A stretch of DNA of 64,000 nucleotides, from contig CAWFOM010000015.1 of NCBI GenBank assembly GCA_963817385.1, positions 1 through 64,000 on the forward strand. Reading direction: 5' to 3'. Positions 19,596-29,563 of the stretch are shown one piece after another. Positions within the stretch are counted from its first letter, which is position 1. The number at the start of each line of letters is the position of its first letter. The notes under the pieces are model-generated. The model had not been told where the DNA came from and did no database searches. It saw nothing but the letters and a program-made list of their open reading frames with translations. The position numbers were made by a program, and so were the translations under genes. This DNA comes from an uncultured delta proteobacterium. Its GTDB lineage: Bacteria > Desulfobacterota > Syntrophia > Syntrophales > UBA5619.

Positions 19596-20978
19596 TTAGA
19601 CAAACTTCCAGGCGGACACGAGGGGTGCCTTAATCCGTGTCTGCATATCTCGGGTCGTTTCATCCAGCCCATCGAGGATCTCTCCCTCGTCGATGGTTAA
19701 GACTTTTCGTTTCTCCATTACGATCTTACCATCTATGATCACCGTGTCCACGCTCTCGCCGCTCGCTGAGTAGACGAGGTTATAGATCTCGTTGTGCAGG
19801 GGACGCCACTCTGGTCGTCTGGTATCCAGAAGGAGAATGTCAGCCTTTTTACCGATCTCCAGGGACCCGATCTCATCCTCCAACCCCATGGTCTTGGCTC
19901 CATTGATCGTTGCCATTTCGATAGCCTTCTCAGCCCCCATAATCTCTGGATCGTACCGGAGATCTTTGTGTAATACTGCGGCAAGATACATGATTCGCAC
20001 CATATCATGATAATTGGAACAGTCGGACGCATCACTGCCGATCGCTACGGGGATTCCAGCGTCCAGCATTTCCGGAAAGCGATCGAACGACAAGCCGTAA
20101 TTGAGTTTGAGAGCAGTCGAGGGGCAATGAACGACCTTGGCCCCACGCTTTGCCAGGATCTCGACCTCCTTCTGGCTGACGTGGATCATGTGGACCAGCA
20201 CGACGTTTTTGTCCAGCACGCCCAGCTTCTCAAGATGCTCTACAGGCCGATAACCTGTTCTTTCCTTAGTCTCTTGCACCGTTTCAAGGTAGTTGGCGAG
20301 ATGCATCTTCAAGGGGACGCCATAGTGATCAGCCATCTTCTTGGACTCGATAACCAGCCGATCCGTGAATCGGCCCATTCCGACAATGGTGACAATCGGG
20401 CGAATGCGAAGTTTCTGGCCTCCAAACTCATCAAGAAGCCTTTTGTGGATCTTTAGGATTTCATCCGTATCCTCTTGAAGTGCTGCATGGCCCAGGCTCA
20501 CCAAGTCAAAGGATCTGCGGCCCATCATCCCCTTCACGCCGATCTCCTGAATGTTGCTTTTGATGGTATCAAACGGATGATAAGAACCCGCTTCCAGGAA
20601 AGAGGTGCTTCCTCCTTTGAGTATTTCCAGAAGGACACCCCTTGCCGCCCAGATTTCATTGTGTGCCTGGATGTAAGGGGAAACTTTCGAGTGGATGTAG
20701 TTGGACCATGGCGAGCCTCCGAGATTGTCAGGAATCAGGCCTTTGCTGAGGTGATGGGAGTAGTGAATATGGGCGTTCACCATGCCGGGCATGATCACCT
20801 TGTCCGTGCAATCCACCGTTTTCTTTGCCTGATACTGCTCGGCCACCTCGGTCGCTTTCCCCACGAAGGCGATGTTTTCGCCTTTCACTGCAATCCCCGC
20901 ATCCCGGATGACCCTTCGCTCCAAATCGACGGTAATCGCCGTTCCCCCTTTGAGTACCATGTCAACTTCCTGCTTCAT
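19596..20978 (-). CDS. Metal-dependent amidohydrolase (MTA/SAH deaminase-AtzA clade)
   Basis: PGMVNAHIH, HCP, GSD, GSLEIGKKAD. Confidence 0.88.
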   Translation of the reverse strand: MKQEVDMVLKGGTAITVDLERRVIRDAGIAVKGENIAFVGKATEVAEQYQAKKTVDCTDKVIMPGMVNAHIHYSHHLSKGLIPDNLGGSPWSNYIHSKVSPYIQAHNEIWAARGVLLEILKGGSTSFLEAGSYHPFDTIKSNIQEIGVKGMMGRRSFDLVSLGHAALQEDTDEILKIHKRLLDEFGGQKLRIRPIVTIVGMGRFTDRLVIESKKMADHYGVPLKMHLANYLETVQETKERTGYRPVEHLEKLGVLDKNVVLVHMIHVSQKEVEILAKRGAKVVHCPSTALKLNYGLSFDRFPEMLDAGIPVAIGSDASDCSNYHDMVRIMYLAAVLHKDLRYDPEIMGAEKAIEMATINGAKTMGLEDEIGSLEIGKKADILLLDTRRPEWRPLHNEIYNLVYSASGESVDTVIIDGKIVMEKRKVLTIDEGEILDGLDETTRDMQTRIKAPLVSAWKFV

Positions 20979-21440
20979 CCTATTTGCCCCTTTCCACAGT
21001 TTGATTTTGAGTCAAGCAGCCCGGTTTATCCGATTGTACAGGTTGAGATTTGTTTTCTCCGTTTGCCACTTGGTTTCCCGTCGGTGGCACACACATTATT
21101 TCAACCATGTATTCACTATCCTCATCACCATCTCGCAAAACCATGAAAAAGTAATGAACTTCATAAGCTCCGCCTCCTTTATAACCGTTAATTTCGATTG
21201 GCAAGAATGTATCACCTTTTATCTTCTTAACATTATTATTGTAATGATCGAGAAAGCTATATAAAGCAATAACAGTAGAGTAAGCGACTTATAGTAGCCT
21301 AAATCTATGGTGCAACCGCCATAATTCGAACAGATCTATCCTGTGCGCTACGGTTTTGTTATGAATGAATATATGTATTCAAAGAGTTGTCGGCGTGCCA
21401 ATAGCGTTGAGCGTTATTGATTTCTAATTGAAATGTTCAT

Positions 21441-21470
21441 AAAAAAGGCGGAGCCGTCTGACCCCGCCTT
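21441..21470 (-). terminator. Rho-independent terminator after the PEP-CTERM genes
   Basis: AAGGCGGGG...CTCCGCCTTTTTT on the - strand. Confidence 0.75.
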
Positions 21471-21519
21471 CCCCTCCCATGGTAAGAACCATGGTTTTAG
21501 AAACCCGATGAAACCGGGT

Positions 21520-22437
21520 TTATTTCTGGAATTTCCTCCTAACTCCTGCCAACCCTATCAGGCCAAGGCCAAGAAGCAGCATAGTAGTGGGTTCGGGGAC
21601 AGATTCGGGAACGGATTCACCAGTTAATGAAAAAGCTGCGTTGAAGGTCGGAGATGGAGTACCGCCGACTATGTCGGTGCCCACGCGCAGCCAGTCGGGC
21701 TCCAGGAATTCGTCGCGGGTCCAACTTTGCAAATCTGTCAAGCCCGGGGAGAAGGGAGTGCCGGGCGGCACGATTGGCTTGGGCGCAGAGAGCCAGAGAA
21801 AATCGCCACCCTCTACACCCACCTGGGGGACAAAGAAATAGTGATCAGCAGGAAGGAGGAAGGGATTAGTTAGGGTCACGGTGAACAGTACTTCGGTTCC
21901 GGTGACGGGACCGTTCCCTCCAGTTGTTTGATTCGGTTTTGGGTGAATGCCTCCCGGTAACACGCTGTTGTTCGCAGTGAATACGGCGGAGATGGTCTCG
22001 GTCGAGAACGTCAGATCACCGGTCACTGAACTGTCCCGAAAAGCGAATTCAACGTCTGAAGGTGAATTGACCCGTGTTGGGACCTCACTTGTTGAGAACG
22101 TAGGCGGCCCTGAGGTGCGGCCTACATCGGAATCTTCCGGAAAGACACGATAGATTTCGACTATGACTTGGTTGAGAGACGGTGTTGTCCCGGTTAACAA
22201 ACCCGTAAAGGTGATCTGACTAATCGATGTTTGCTGCGTCAGAGCAAAGTCATCTGCCGATTCGATCGCATATATCCCTGTGCCGGGTCGAGACGCCGTC
22301 GCAATTTTGCCATCTGGATCGCCGGTGCTGAAGAAGAAGGGCGAAGCAAACGCATTATTAATGCCAATCAAGCCACTAATCATAAATATCGCTACCAATA
22401 CCAACAAACCAAAGGTTCTTTGTCTAATGTTTTTCAT
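21520..22437 (-). CDS. PEP-CTERM sorting domain protein
   Basis: Signal peptide; C-terminal VPEPTTMLLLGLGLIGLAGVRRK. Confidence 0.93.
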   Translation of the reverse strand: MKNIRQRTFGLLVLVAIFMISGLIGINNAFASPFFFSTGDPDGKIATASRPGTGIYAIESADDFALTQQTSISQITFTGLLTGTTPSLNQVIVEIYRVFPEDSDVGRTSGPPTFSTSEVPTRVNSPSDVEFAFRDSSVTGDLTFSTETISAVFTANNSVLPGGIHPKPNQTTGGNGPVTGTEVLFTVTLTNPFLLPADHYFFVPQVGVEGGDFLWLSAPKPIVPPGTPFSPGLTDLQSWTRDEFLEPDWLRVGTDIVGGTPSPTFNAAFSLTGESVPESVPEPTTMLLLGLGLIGLAGVRRKFQK

Positions 22438-22626
22438 GGTCAGTTCCTCCTTCGAACGCCATTAGAAAATAGATTCTCTGTCACAAAGCAGGAAGGTTGG
22501 AATTTAATCAAATAATTAACCTTGATATTGCGATGTTCACGCCAAGTGTAGTCAACTTATAGGTCGTGCCGCACAGGGAAAAGAACCAAGCCAAGGCCAT
22601 GCTCTTGATTTGGTTCTATACCCGGC

Positions 22627-23775
22627 TTACTTACTCACCTTCCTCCTCATTCCAGCTAAACCAACGAGGCCAAGACCGAGGAGTAGCATTGTGGTGGGTT
22701 CGGGGACAGCTGAGGACTGGATCACGCCGAAGAGACCATTCGTCTCGTCATCGGGGCCAGCGGAGAAGTAGAGCTTGCTGCTGCTTCCCGCATTGCCGTT
22801 GTTGCCGATCGTCAATCCCCAGAGGCCGTCAATGGTCAGCTCGCTGCCGCTGAGCCCCAGCAGTTGCCCGCTAAAAGTATTGGTAGTGAGATCGAATGCA
22901 TTGATGCGTCCGTCGCCGAAATTGCCGACCAGAAGATCACCCGCGAACTGGCCAAAAGACGCCGGTGCGATTGCCAATCCCCACGGTGAATTGAGAGCTC
23001 CCCCCGTACCTACCCGATCGAGGAAGTTGCCTTGGGCGCCGAAGGCGCTCACAAACCCGTTACCAGCCCCAGCAACGTCGTCAAGTTTGCTGGCGTCCTG
23101 CAAGGCATAGGTGACGTAAAGTGTGCCACCGAGATTTTGGATGTTGAAAGGGGCGTACCCGGCTGGAATATTGGGCTCGATGAAGTTGCCAGTGAGGTCG
23201 GGGGCGCCCGCGTTCCCCTTGAGCACGTCGATCGTGCCGGCCCGGAAATTAGCTGCGTAAAGGTAGCTGTTTCCGTTGATCGTCGCTTCCGTGACCCCCT
23301 TGTAAACATTTGCCGCGTCTCCGACCTGCAATGTTTCCGCAGTCGTCCCCAGGGCACCTCTCCAGCCTGAAATCGTGCCGTCTTCGCTCACGAAGAGGAA
23401 GGGGTCGCCATTGAAAGCAGTGGTGCTGTTGAAGACCTGACCGGTCGGGTTACCGGCGCCGGGGATGGTCACGACTAGGCCAGCGATGCTGGTCGCGTTC
23501 GTAGTGGGGTTCACGTTGTAAAGAGTGGTAACGCCGGTCCCGTTGTCGGAAACCCAGAAGGGACTGCCGGTAGTGAAGGAGATCCCCCACGCATTCACAA
23601 GATGCGTGTCGGTTATTTGAGCAGGATTGGCAGTTTGATCATTAGTAACCAGGTTGGTCTGGTCGAAAAGCGTCGCGGCCTCAATAGGTAATGACAGAAA
23701 TAGCAGCAAAACAATCGCTATCAGCCCCGAGGAGACTAATGCGCTCCAACGAGCGATTCTGTTTGATATGCCCAT
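22627..23775 (-). CDS. TIGR03118 family PEP-CTERM protein
   Basis: QTNLV, LVNAWGI, FWVSDNGTG, PTGQVFN, YAPFNIQ, LNSPWG, GNFGDGRI, IDGLWGL, VPEP tail. Confidence 0.92.
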   Translation of the reverse strand: MGISNRIARWSALVSSGLIAIVLLLFLSLPIEAATLFDQTNLVTNDQTANPAQITDTHLVNAWGISFTTGSPFWVSDNGTGVTTLYNVNPTTNATSIAGLVVTIPGAGNPTGQVFNSTTAFNGDPFLFVSEDGTISGWRGALGTTAETLQVGDAANVYKGVTEATINGNSYLYAANFRAGTIDVLKGNAGAPDLTGNFIEPNIPAGYAPFNIQNLGGTLYVTYALQDASKLDDVAGAGNGFVSAFGAQGNFLDRVGTGGALNSPWGLAIAPASFGQFAGDLLVGNFGDGRINAFDLTTNTFSGQLLGLSGSELTIDGLWGLTIGNNGNAGSSSKLYFSAGPDDETNGLFGVIQSSAVPEPTTMLLLGLGLVGLAGMRRKVSK

Positions 23776-23987
23776 TTCTTTTGCCTCCTTTCCAATCCAA
23801 AAACCTCGATGTTTTATCCGCCGGCTATCCGTTTTTCCAAGAACGCCTGCCGCCGCTTTCCGCTGAGAGCGGGTGCCAAATTATTCGATCCTTTCTTCAA
23901 TTGCTGCATCTAATTCACTTGCTGTAAAATCAGCACCTTCTATTCCTGCAAGTATTAGCAGTCTCTCGTTCCACTGTTACAAATTGA

Positions 23988-24002
23988 GCATAAACGATGC
24001 CA
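23988..24002 (-). promoter_or_regulatory. sigma54 -24/-12 promoter for the PEP-CTERM genes
   Basis: TGGCATCGTTTATGC (GG-N10-GC) oriented toward 23775. Confidence 0.6.
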
Positions 24003-24068
24003 TTTGGCATAACTATGCAATTATCAATGGCTCATTCAAAATCAACCCCTGCCATACTGTTTCCTATT

Positions 24069-24178
24069 TGTAAAAGTATCCGACACCGGCAATGGTTCCC
24101 ATTTAACTTATTACTTCATAACCGATTTAGTTTACTGATGATTGCTCTACAGGAAGAGGGGTGTAAAGATATCCGTCA
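24069..24178. promoter_or_regulatory. Two TGT-N11-ACA-type enhancer boxes
   Basis: TGTAAAAGTATCCGACA (24069-24085) and TGTAAAGATATCCGTCA (24162-24178), upstream of the sigma54 site. Confidence 0.55.
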
Positions 24179-24540
24179 GAATACGATTTTTTTACAAAAT
24201 CAGGTCAAGATTCTTTTCTAAATGCATAATTTAATTATGATAGATAATTGATAGATAATTGGTCACAATAAACTCCCATTTTGTTCATTTTTTTTGGTAT
24301 CATAGGGCGGATCTTGGTTAGAATTGCCGCATACTTTGTTACAGTCAATAGCAGAGTGTCTGCTCAAGGGCGGTAGGGTCCCTGACCGGAAGATGGTACT
24401 TTACTATACCTTGCGGAGAGCATTCAGATCGTAGGGATTTGACTAATCTATTACGATCCCCCACATGAGCGCCGTTCGCTGCATGCCGCTTATAGGCCGC
24501 ATTCTGTTCCCTTGTGTTCTTCAGAACGGAGAGCGGGTAT

Positions 24541-24987
24541 TCACTGCATGTATGCGTCGATGTGTATCTTGCCAGTAGCGAAATTCACGGTACCAGAGCC
24601 CCAGATCTGTCGCGTATTGACCCACGCGTAATCCTTAGCTACCGTGCTAAGAATAATGTTCTCGGAAAGGTCGGCGACCGGCTCCGCGGCACGCGGCACA
24701 CCCACCCCGTCGGCAGACAACGCGATTCGGTAACCGTTGTCCGTCTCAAGGATCGCTCGAATATCAAGGTCGATGCGGCCGTCGGCGCGCATTCGCAGAT
24801 AGTCGATGCCCCGCACTCGGCCTGCCAGCCGGCCTACAGCGCGGCCCTCAAACGCGACGTCGATGCGAACCCCCTGCGGAGGTAGTTTCTCTTTGCCCGA
24901 TAGGATCGCATCCAGGCTCACTCCGTAGTCCGTTATTCCCGAGACATCAAGATCATACTCGTAGATCTTCTCACCCTTCTCTTTCAT
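24541..24987 (-). CDS. Hypothetical protein, DUF3237-like
   Basis: G.DYLRMRADG...LDIRA.LETDNG..I pattern; AAGGAG RBS. Confidence 0.65.
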   Translation of the reverse strand: MKEKGEKIYEYDLDVSGITDYGVSLDAILSGKEKLPPQGVRIDVAFEGRAVGRLAGRVRGIDYLRMRADGRIDLDIRAILETDNGYRIALSADGVGVPRAAEPVADLSENIILSTVAKDYAWVNTRQIWGSGTVNFATGKIHIDAYMQ

Positions 24988-25065
24988 GATGTAGTTCTCC
25001 TTTCAGGCTGACGGAGCCACCTCTCTCGGCCCTATGGTTGAAGGTAGACTGAAAAAGAAATCGAC

Positions 25066-25440
25066 TCATTTTTTTGTCGCCCACTCGTATGCGATAATAA
25101 TTGACGCGACGATAAGTGTCACATGGAAGCCGTACTCGATCTTGAGGAGGCCGACGGGTTCGAGTGCGTTGTGTATGTGCAGGTTGTCGTGTGGCCACCA
25201 CGAGACGAGCAGCCAGGAGATCGCCCAAAAACTCGCGCTGGCGGGCTGCCACTCGAAGACGATGAACCCGATGCCAAGCCCGAAGATCAGCGCCTCGATG
25301 ACCGATAGCGCAATGAAGAATGGCAACTGCGCTGCTGTCGGCACGATTTCATTGGAAGGCGGCCACAGGATCGGTCCGAGAATGAACGCGGGAACCGCCA
25401 ATGCTATCGTTACGAGGAGATATTTCACCCAAGGTTTCAT
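25066..25440 (-). CDS. Small membrane protein
   Basis: About four hydrophobic segments, SWWPHDNLH motif, AAGGAGG RBS. Confidence 0.7.
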   Translation of the reverse strand: MKPWVKYLLVTIALAVPAFILGPILWPPSNEIVPTAAQLPFFIALSVIEALIFGLGIGFIVFEWQPASASFWAISWLLVSWWPHDNLHIHNALEPVGLLKIEYGFHVTLIVASIIIAYEWATKK

Positions 25441-25662
25441 ATAGGTGCCTCCTTTGATAAGACATTGTCTTCTGATGGGCAAACAATAGGAACATAATCA
25501 GGCCAGCGGCTTGCCGCGTGTAAGTATCGATAATACGCAGAAAGCTGGTTGGCAAACACATCCTAAATACTCTCACCTTCGAGGCTGCCCTTGTGGATGT
25601 GTGAACAGTCGCCTGCTTGCCGCGAGGTCGCCCCCCGTTCTTATTTCTCACCGTTCGGAAAA

Positions 25663-26079
25663 TCATTGAACTAAGGTCTGGACCTCAGCGCCTTTCGGTA
25701 ATAGCATACTAATGGCAACGCGCGCAGAAGCGCCCTTATTAACAACCTCGTGCTCTGCACCCGGGTTTTCCGTCCAACTCTCACCGGCTTTCTTTACCGT
25801 CTCGGCATTCTTCTCTATCAGGGTTATCTCGCCGCTCAACACTGTTACCAGTACGTGGCCGCTGTGAAAATGCTTCGGCACGCCCGCGCCGGAAGGAAAC
25901 TCCAGTATTATGGTAAGAAGTTCATATTGACCACCTTGCACGGTGATAGGAAATTTGGCCTGATATACCACGGTCGGGATGGGCAGCGTGGCATCGCTCG
26001 ATTTCGTTTGAGCCTCCACGGCGGAAACAAAGAGAAGGGCCATAAGGATTAAAAACGGAAATAATTTTTTGGTTTTCAT
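25663..26079 (-). CDS. Secreted cupin domain protein
   Basis: Signal peptide; HFHSG...VLSGE...E.PG.EH. Confidence 0.8.
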   Translation of the reverse strand: MKTKKLFPFLILMALLFVSAVEAQTKSSDATLPIPTVVYQAKFPITVQGGQYELLTIILEFPSGAGVPKHFHSGHVLVTVLSGEITLIEKNAETVKKAGESWTENPGAEHEVVNKGASARVAISMLLPKGAEVQTLVQ

Positions 26080-26356
26080 TGCACACCTCCGATTCATTTA
26101 CGAAAATTGTGATCTTCATATCCAAGGAAGGCAATGAGAATTATATATGGGGATTTTGATAGCTATAATCTGTCAAAAGCTATGGAACATGAAAAACAAC
26201 CTTGGTATATCTTCTTACTATCTTCATTCAATAACGATTATAGTTTGAAAGGATGCATCCCTGTCAGCATTTGGGTGCGCTTGACTTCAGGAAGTACATA
26301 AGAACCCAATAAGGGCAGACGTCGATCAAATTTATGCTCTTCTTCCCCCGCGGTTC

Positions 26357-27535
26357 TTACTTCAGCTCCTTCAGCAGATCCGCCAGGCTGGTTCCATCCG
26401 GTTCGATCACAATCCGGTCCGCGTCGGCCGGCGAGCGGGGTGGCGGTGCTTTTGTGGTTACCCGCGAAGCGAGTCGTCTTGGAGGCAGGGCGGCTGCCTC
26501 TGCATCCTCATTCTCCGCATCAGCCGAATCCGTCGTGGCATGCGGGCGGAACCACTGCCGCTGTTTCTCCATCCAACTGCGATACCGCTCCCATGTCCAC
26601 ATCCCCTGATCCGCCCCCATTTCCATGACCGAGAGGATTTTGTAAAACTCGCGGTTGCGGATGTGGGCTTTCACCGGGATCGTCGTGGTCAGGATTTCGC
26701 ACTCCGGTACGCGCATGTTGAGGTCGGCGCGGTAGTGCAATCGTTGCGCCACGGCGGCCAGCAGGCAATCGGCCAATTGCGCTGCCATCGAGCTTTGGAT
26801 TTCTGCCGGGAACGCGCTCACGATCCGTTGCAGGGCCTCCACACAAGTGGCCGAGTGCACGGTCGCCAGCACCAGATGTCCCGTCTCCGCCGCGTTCAAC
26901 GTCAGCCGCATCGTCTCCGGATCGCGCATCTCCCCGATCATCAGCACATCCGGGTCTTCGCGGAGGGCGTCTAACAGCGCCTGCTCGAAGCTTGGCGTGT
27001 CGCGGCCCACCTCACGCTGACGGATAAACGCCCGGCGCGGCCGGAAGAAGTACTCGATCGGGCTTTCCACCGTGATGATGTGGCGCGGTTCGGACAGGTT
27101 GATCTCCTGGATCAGGGCGGCGAGGGTGGATGATTTTCCGCAGCCGGTCGGCCCGCTCACCAGGATCAAGCCATTGGGATGGGCCACCAGTTTCTTCAGG
27201 TCGGGATGCAGATTCAGTTTCTCGACCGTGGCCTGGAATGATGCCAGCAGTCGGATAGCAAAGCCGACACCGCGGGCGGTCCTCAGCACGTTGATCCGGC
27301 AACGCGTCCCGCGAATCGTTCGGGACAGGTCCGCCGACCCCTGCTCCACGAATCGTCTCCATAGTTCCTCACCTAGGAGAGTCCGCGCCCCCTCGTTCAA
27401 CTCGCGGGCGAGAACAGGTTCGCCGGTGGACTGAACGACTCCACGCACACGCAGCGCCACCGGCAACCCAGGTTCCAGATGAAGGTCACTCGCTCCATGT
27501 TCCTTCGCCAATGCAATAAAGGATTCAAGGTTCAT
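26357..27535 (-). CDS. pilT: PilT/PilU family ATPase
   Basis: ASDLHL, GPTGCGKSST, ESPIE, ALREDPD, GEMRD, GHLVLATVH. Confidence 0.88.
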   Translation of the reverse strand: MNLESFIALAKEHGASDLHLEPGLPVALRVRGVVQSTGEPVLARELNEGARTLLGEELWRRFVEQGSADLSRTIRGTRCRINVLRTARGVGFAIRLLASFQATVEKLNLHPDLKKLVAHPNGLILVSGPTGCGKSSTLAALIQEINLSEPRHIITVESPIEYFFRPRRAFIRQREVGRDTPSFEQALLDALREDPDVLMIGEMRDPETMRLTLNAAETGHLVLATVHSATCVEALQRIVSAFPAEIQSSMAAQLADCLLAAVAQRLHYRADLNMRVPECEILTTTIPVKAHIRNREFYKILSVMEMGADQGMWTWERYRSWMEKQRQWFRPHATTDSADAENEDAEAAALPPRRLASRVTTKAPPPRSPADADRIVIEPDGTSLADLLKELK

Positions 27536-27683
27536 AGTACCAAATTCCTTCGGCAATGCCGCATTTCAACCATTACCAACTTAAATGTAGCATGAAATGC
27601 GAAAATAGAAAAACAAGACCTACAGGAAGCAGCCCATACTCAAAGGCACCCGCCTATTCAATACAATTTTATGGTGCTGTCGC

Positions 27684-28511
27684 TCACTTCCAGGTAATCT
27701 TGGGTGCTTTGCGCTCTGGCAGGCGAAAATACTTTGGTTTCGGATACCCCAACATCATCGGATAATGATGGGGATGGTTTTCCGGGATCGCTATTTCTTT
27801 TTTCATCTGTGGCCATGACAGCATCGCTCCCTGAACAAACCCCGCCCAGCAGGTCCCCAGACCCTTTGAGGCAGCCGCCAGTTCCAAGTAGGATAGAGCC
27901 AAGGTCACGTCCACCAAGCCATTGGGATCCTCTTTGGGCGCGGACGCAACCACCATGGCCGGGGCATTCCGTAACACGATGTCATAACCGGCATCCCAGA
28001 CCGCCACGATCATAGGCAAGTAGGGGGCATATGCGGGTTGCGGATCTTTCTTGAGCACGGACCGCATGCAGTCCACCGTCAGTCGTGACAGTTCCTTCAT
28101 TTTGGCCTTATCCGTAATAACGGTCCATTCAACCATTTGAGAGTTGCCTCCGGTGGGTGCATACCGGGCGATCTCGATCAATTTCTTGATGGTTTCTTTT
28201 TCCACAGGCCGGTCTTTGATAAAAGCACGAATGGAGCGGCGAGAACGGAGAAACTGGACAGCCTGCTCCTCGCTGATTAACAACTCCTCACGGATCGGTT
28301 GACAACTTTCCAGTGGAACCAGGGTATGACTGAGCGCCCCGTGAGGACAGACGGCCACGCAATGCCCGCACTGGGTACAGACCTGTTCCCCTCCCGTCAT
28401 CGGTTCGGGGTAGCTCTCCTTATCCTTAAGACGGATGATGGCCATAGGGCATTCTTTGGCGCAGATCCCGTCTTTTTTACATTTGCCTTCGTCCACAATT
28501 AACAGTCCCAT
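27684..28511 (-). CDS. Nitroreductase with N-terminal 4Fe-4S domain
   Basis: CKKDGICAKECP, CTQCGHCVAVCP, RRSIR, APTGGNSQ, GLGTCWAG. Confidence 0.9.
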   Translation of the reverse strand: MGLLIVDEGKCKKDGICAKECPMAIIRLKDKESYPEPMTGGEQVCTQCGHCVAVCPHGALSHTLVPLESCQPIREELLISEEQAVQFLRSRRSIRAFIKDRPVEKETIKKLIEIARYAPTGGNSQMVEWTVITDKAKMKELSRLTVDCMRSVLKKDPQPAYAPYLPMIVAVWDAGYDIVLRNAPAMVVASAPKEDPNGLVDVTLALSYLELAAASKGLGTCWAGFVQGAMLSWPQMKKEIAIPENHPHHYPMMLGYPKPKYFRLPERKAPKITWK

Positions 28512-28552
28512 CTTTTTTTACCTTCCTTTCGACACAGGCTCTTTTCAAGCGG

Positions 28553-29464
28553 TTATGCCTGTCGATGTGCGGTGCGGAGGTTTTCTTTTTTTGTATGCGC
28601 CGATATGGCCTCGACAATTCGTGGCCATGCTCCGCCATGAGGCAGGTCATGCCCCATGCCTTCAATGATCATCAGTTCGGCGCCCGGTATCGCTTCGGCC
28701 GTATCCTTGCCGCACTCCAGCGGGATGAGCGGGTCGTCCGCCCCATGGATTACCAGAGTAGGCGCCGTCACCGAAGCAAGCGCAGTTTTTCGATTGCCGG
28801 ATGTCATGATGGCTGCGATCTTGCGGGTCATCCCCGGTGGGTAGAAAGCTCGATCATATGCTCGCGTCATCAGTGTCCGAGTCCAATCTTCGTCGAAGGG
28901 AAAACCTGGGCCGGCTATAGTTCGGATAAATTTCATCGAGTGTTCTATGGCCGCCTCGCGCTCCTGAGGCGAAGGGCTCATGAGCGCCGTGAGCGCCTCT
29001 GGCTTCCCCCGCGGTAACGCGGGATTTCCCGTGCTCCCATAAATGGAAATCAGGCTGGCAACCCGCGAGGGGTGCCTGACTGCAATAATTTGAGCAATCA
29101 TTGCCCCCATAGACACGCCGCAAACATGAGCCCGTCCAATATCCAAGGCATCAAGAAGTCCTACGGAATCATCCGCCATATCATTCAACGTATAGGGGAC
29201 CTTGATCTCTTCACCGCGCATCACGGCTTCCATTACTGCCATGAGGTCCGGAATACCTGCTTGTTCGAATTTCGTGGATAGACCCGTGTCACGGTTGTCA
29301 AACCGGATCACGTAATGACCTCTTTCAGCAAGCTTTGTGCAGAACTCCTCCGGCCAGGTGATCATCTGGGATGCGACGCCGTTGATCAGGAGCAGGGGAA
29401 GGTCGACAGGTTTCCCAAAAGTATCATATTCGATCTGAATACCATTAGCATTTGCCCGTGACAT
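28553..29464 (-). CDS. Alpha/beta hydrolase
   Basis: FDNRDTGLS, GVSMG nucleophile elbow, HGADD, GMGH. Confidence 0.9.
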   Translation of the reverse strand: MSRANANGIQIEYDTFGKPVDLPLLLINGVASQMITWPEEFCTKLAERGHYVIRFDNRDTGLSTKFEQAGIPDLMAVMEAVMRGEEIKVPYTLNDMADDSVGLLDALDIGRAHVCGVSMGAMIAQIIAVRHPSRVASLISIYGSTGNPALPRGKPEALTALMSPSPQEREAAIEHSMKFIRTIAGPGFPFDEDWTRTLMTRAYDRAFYPPGMTRKIAAIMTSGNRKTALASVTAPTLVIHGADDPLIPLECGKDTAEAIPGAELMIIEGMGHDLPHGGAWPRIVEAISAHTKKENLRTAHRQA

Positions 29465-29563
29465 GATCTTCACCCCGATAAACGCCCGGAATTAGCGAAA
29501 GGGAACCCTGCCGGTCCTGTGTGCGGCCGGCAAGCAAGGCTCCCGTTCAAATAATAAATGCCT

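Noticed and set aside
20980..21264. Short ORFs upstream of the amidohydrolase
   Set aside because: AT-rich, no motifs or clear RBS; probably regulatory spacer DNA.
24005..24018. Plus-strand sigma54 site TGGCATAACTATGC
   Set aside because: GG-GC spacing is 9 rather than 10, and no plus-strand gene follows.
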